Notes under the pieces: model-generated | What the model was told of the DNA's origin: nothing | Database searches by the model: none | Seen by the model: only the letters and a program-made list of their open reading frames with translations | Shown here: piece by piece, positions 34,063 through 37,319 of the stretch | Numbering within the stretch: the first letter of the stretch is position 1 | Layout: each line of letters begins with the position of its first letter | Position numbers and translations under genes: made by a program | Assembly: GCA_002269645.1 (NCBI GenBank) | Contig: NIVC01004710.1 | Coordinates: 1 to 37,319 of the forward strand | DNA: 37,319 bases | Reading direction: 5' to 3' | Source: Macrostomum lignano | Lineage: Eukaryota

Positions 34063-35147
34063 ATTACTAAAAGAATAGTAAGATCCCATGCTCTCTAGGA
34101 ATCTACAGCTGGTAGATGCATGATTCATGAGCATAGGCTGGTGTAGGTTTGAGTAGGCTGGTGTAGGCTTATAAATAAAACTTTAGGAAAGTAAAGAAAA
34201 TTCAACAAGTTGCTATCGAAATCTTGCTGTTGATTAAAAGGTGCAGCGAGACTACTGACTGACAAAATACTGACTGACTATAGTCGTACGCACGCCTTTC
34301 GCCAATGTAAGAAGATGTGGAGAGAAAGATGATGACTTGTTTGAGTGAAAATGTATATGTTTTGTACAGTTTCTGAAGTTTTTAGCTATCTGTTCTTAGC
34401 TAGCTAAAACGATAGTAAACAAGTTGAAACTTAACTAGTTAACATGAAGGATGCTGATTGTGTCCACACATAAGCTCTGTAACAGGTCGTTTATCGGTAG
34501 TCTCTGAAAGGCCTCTCACGCCAACTACCTTACACGCCTGCTACCCCTCTGCCACGACAGACAGAAGCTTCGAAGAACTGAGACAAGTCCTTTTCTTAGG
34601 TTTGAGCTCAAACTTTACTAAACTCGGCAGTGGAGAGCTAGCCTCGGCTTTTTCAATTGCATTGTATTTATAATCCTCGACATTGTGCTCGGGGGCAGCG
34701 TTGGGGTGGTGGCGTGATATTTTTCCGCCCCACCCAATCTTATTCGCTTTTTTGCATAGTTAGCTAGTTAGATGAATTAACACACGGAGAGGGCACGCAT
34801 GGTCTGCGTGGCTGTTTTAGTGCAGGCAAATGGGTGGGTCTAACATTAAATATCTATGATAAGTTTGTAATAGCATATCAGCGTTTTGAACGCTGATAAG
34901 CTCTATCATTGCAATTTGCATCATCATCAAGTACGCTAATTAATACAGCCCAAACTCTACGCATGTACAAGTGTATACCACTTACTTAATCCGGCTGGGG
35001 CCGAAAAAAGTTGTAATACATATTTTCGCCTCGTTTTGACGATTTCTGACCTACTGTAACACTTTTGGAACGGCTAGTACAGCAGGGTTGCTCCCTCCAA
35101 TTTTCCTGTACGTAATCCTCGCCTGTACACAATATAACATATCCACA

Positions 35148-36352
35148 ATGTCAGCCCTTCCTACTCGAGTACATAATCGTACGCCAGTATCTATTCGAAT
35201 GACTGTAAGTTCGGTTTTTAGTGTAGTGTACGTTATACTGGTTTTATATCAAACTCGTTTATTTTACTTGCACAGTGTATCAATAAATTTCTTGCTTTTG
35301 TTTTATCGTAGTACGCTGTACAGCAATAAATATATGCGGGCTTGCCGTGGGACTGCCATGGAATGCCTGCATTTTCGTAGATAGCAATGTTTAGTTCCAT
35401 ATTCCGCGGCAATTCCATGGACAAATCAAACGATTCGGAAAGAAACGGATTAAAAGGCCATCGTCAATCAAGGAATCAATGGCTAGCGGAGCTCCATTAC
35501 AATTCGATAATGCCAATCATGGTGCCTGTCATGATGGAAGAATACAAGGTTGGATTAAAGCAGCACCAAGCGATTTTAGCGATCATGATTACAAGTCTCC
35601 ACAACCACAAGTGCAACGCAAGCAAGATTTGAGTCTTGAGCAGCGTCAATTATGTGGAAATAATAAAAGTGCCTCAAACTCTGTCGAAAAACATGGCAAA
35701 CGGGCGCATCCAAGAGTTCTGGAAAGACGTGCTGCAAATGAAGCTGATCCCATACGCCGAGTACCTGGTAATTGTCAATCGATACAACGAAAGTTTGTAG
35801 GAAAGGATCGATGTCACCAACTATCCTCGCCTGAAACAGTTATCTGCTCTGACAAATGTATTTGCCTACTATTTTATATCGCAGAAATACAGCGGTTAAT
35901 GGACTACTTATCCAGAAGTAAAATCAGCGTGTCTGTGGCTTCTTCTAGACCTAATGATGATGATCTTATCAAATCAATAGGAATTCTTGACTGTATCATA
36001 GCAGCTTTAAGCAGAGGTTATAAATTCTATTGTGATAAAAAACTACTGAAGTTGCAAGAAAGTGTTGTGAGTAAAGGCTATGTAAGTGCTTATAAGCTTT
36101 GTATTCAACTAAAGCATTACAAGCAGATTTCTCTAGAAGGTCTACATCAGTCAATGTGAGCCACAAATTTTGAATTTCAAAGATCGACCATTTGACATGA
36201 GCCACCTACCTGCTGGTATTCCTATAGAAAAATCAAATATGAAATATGAAGTAAATCGTTTATCTTCATTCAACCTAAGTGGCAAGCAGTTAAATATCAA
36301 GACTGGTCAAAAACCAGAGACACTGGCAGCAAATGGTTTTTTCTACTTACAG
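35148..36352 (+). CDS. 5' portion of a spliced gene with a BIR-like exon (IAP family candidate), incomplete. Tentative exons 35148-35204, 35395-35767, 35885-(end uncertain), 36183-36352
   Basis: MKYEVNRLSSF...PETLAANGFFY matches the first half of a BIR repeat (E..RL.SF ... LA.AGF.Y). Donors GTAAGT 35205, GTAATT 35768, GTAAAT 36353. The BIR Trp and the C2HC zinc ligands are not visible in the window. Confidence 0.5.
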
Positions 36353-36964
36353 GTAAATATTGAATGTTATAAATAGATCATCTATTGTTAAATATGTATA
36401 GTTGACTAATAATAGACTTAGTTATAGTTATATAGTTTGTTACATCTTTTATATAACCCATATCATAAGAAATAAACCTAAAAATAATAAGAATTTTACA
36501 ATATTATAACTAATATTTTTTTAGCTATGACTTTACTATAGATTTATGACTTGATAATAATATTAATATATAGCAATGTCTTTTTAATACTTAGGCCTAA
36601 ATAAAAGTTATCATTATTTAGTAACAATTGTTTTTAGAACTCTTTTATTTATTATTACTTATATTACTGATATTAAAAATTATGGTAAAGATCTTTAGTT
36701 AATCCTATAGTATTATTGTTACTAAACCAAAGTTAAGGCTCTTCTTAACTAAAAATTACCAAATTAAATCTAAATTCTAAAGATTTATTTTTTAATAAGT
36801 CTTAGAATATCTCAATAAATGTTTGAATATTTCTTACTATTCATTAGTAGGGCCCAACATACATTCCTATTTATTTATGCATAATATAAGTATAGTATTT
36901 CCATTTAATATATATTAATTATTATATATTAATTATATATAAATACTTAATAATTATTAATTTA

Positions 36965-37014
36965 ATATATGTATATATAATATATTAATATATATATACA
37001 TATATATATATATA
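36965..37014. repeat. Imperfect (TA)n microsatellite in very AT-rich, probably intronic DNA
   Basis: Direct reading. Confidence 0.85.
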
Positions 37015-37319
37015 CCAACCAGTCTATTCCTCTAGTTTAGCCTAGATTAAAATTTCTTATATATATATATCAATATTTATTAGAATATGAACCAACTTTC
37101 CAGAAGTTAGGGCAGATAGCATAGTAGTTGAGCATAAGCCCAATAAATGCTTTCTTGCAATAACTTGGCTTATACTTAACTACTATGCCATTTACCATAA
37201 CTAGGCTAATGCTTAACTACCATATTTGCCCCAACCCTTGAAAAGTCTAATTTATAGTCTGCTACATTGTGCTTATTGTTTGTGTAGCTCATGGCTGATA
37301 TTGCATAAAGAGCTAATGC

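Noticed and set aside
35387-35810. Second overlapping protein in frame 2 (MFSSIF... and ...IQEFWKDVLQMKLIPYAEYL)
   Set aside because: Interrupted by TGA at 35630. Its many Met codons are the shadow of NAT-GNN codon pairs in the main frame.

Overview
Eukaryotic (animal, non-vertebrate-looking) genomic DNA with GT-AG introns and TTAGGG telomeric repeat. The GC3-rich compact genes set among many minisatellites look like a free-living flatworm such as Macrostomum, but that is inference only. Genes, with exon models built from splice sites and checked for phase: a 3-exon FMRFamide/peptide-receptor-like class A GPCR (-), a divergently oriented 2-exon orphan with an acidic Gly-rich linker and a degenerate KH-like fold (+), NUBPL/Ind1 (-, 2 exons), ARMC9 (+, 5 exons), an intronless divergent PP1-like phosphatase (-), and the 5' part of an AT3-rich gene with a BIR-like exon (+, incomplete). 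Mobile DNA: a young Mag-type Ty3/Gypsy element with near-identical 175/176-bp LTRs and a 5-bp TSD, carrying a gag frameshift and a truncated integrase, plus an hAT-like MITE just upstream of ARMC9. About a fifth of the window is nine unrelated tandem arrays. The most unusual region is 13.6-18.5 kb. Two tRNA-like Pol III heads each lead directly into a different satellite array, followed by a diverged tandem block holding a perfect (TTAGGG)9 tract, all bracketed by Helitron-like 5' and 3' end motifs. No rRNA, intact tRNA or CRISPR array is supported.
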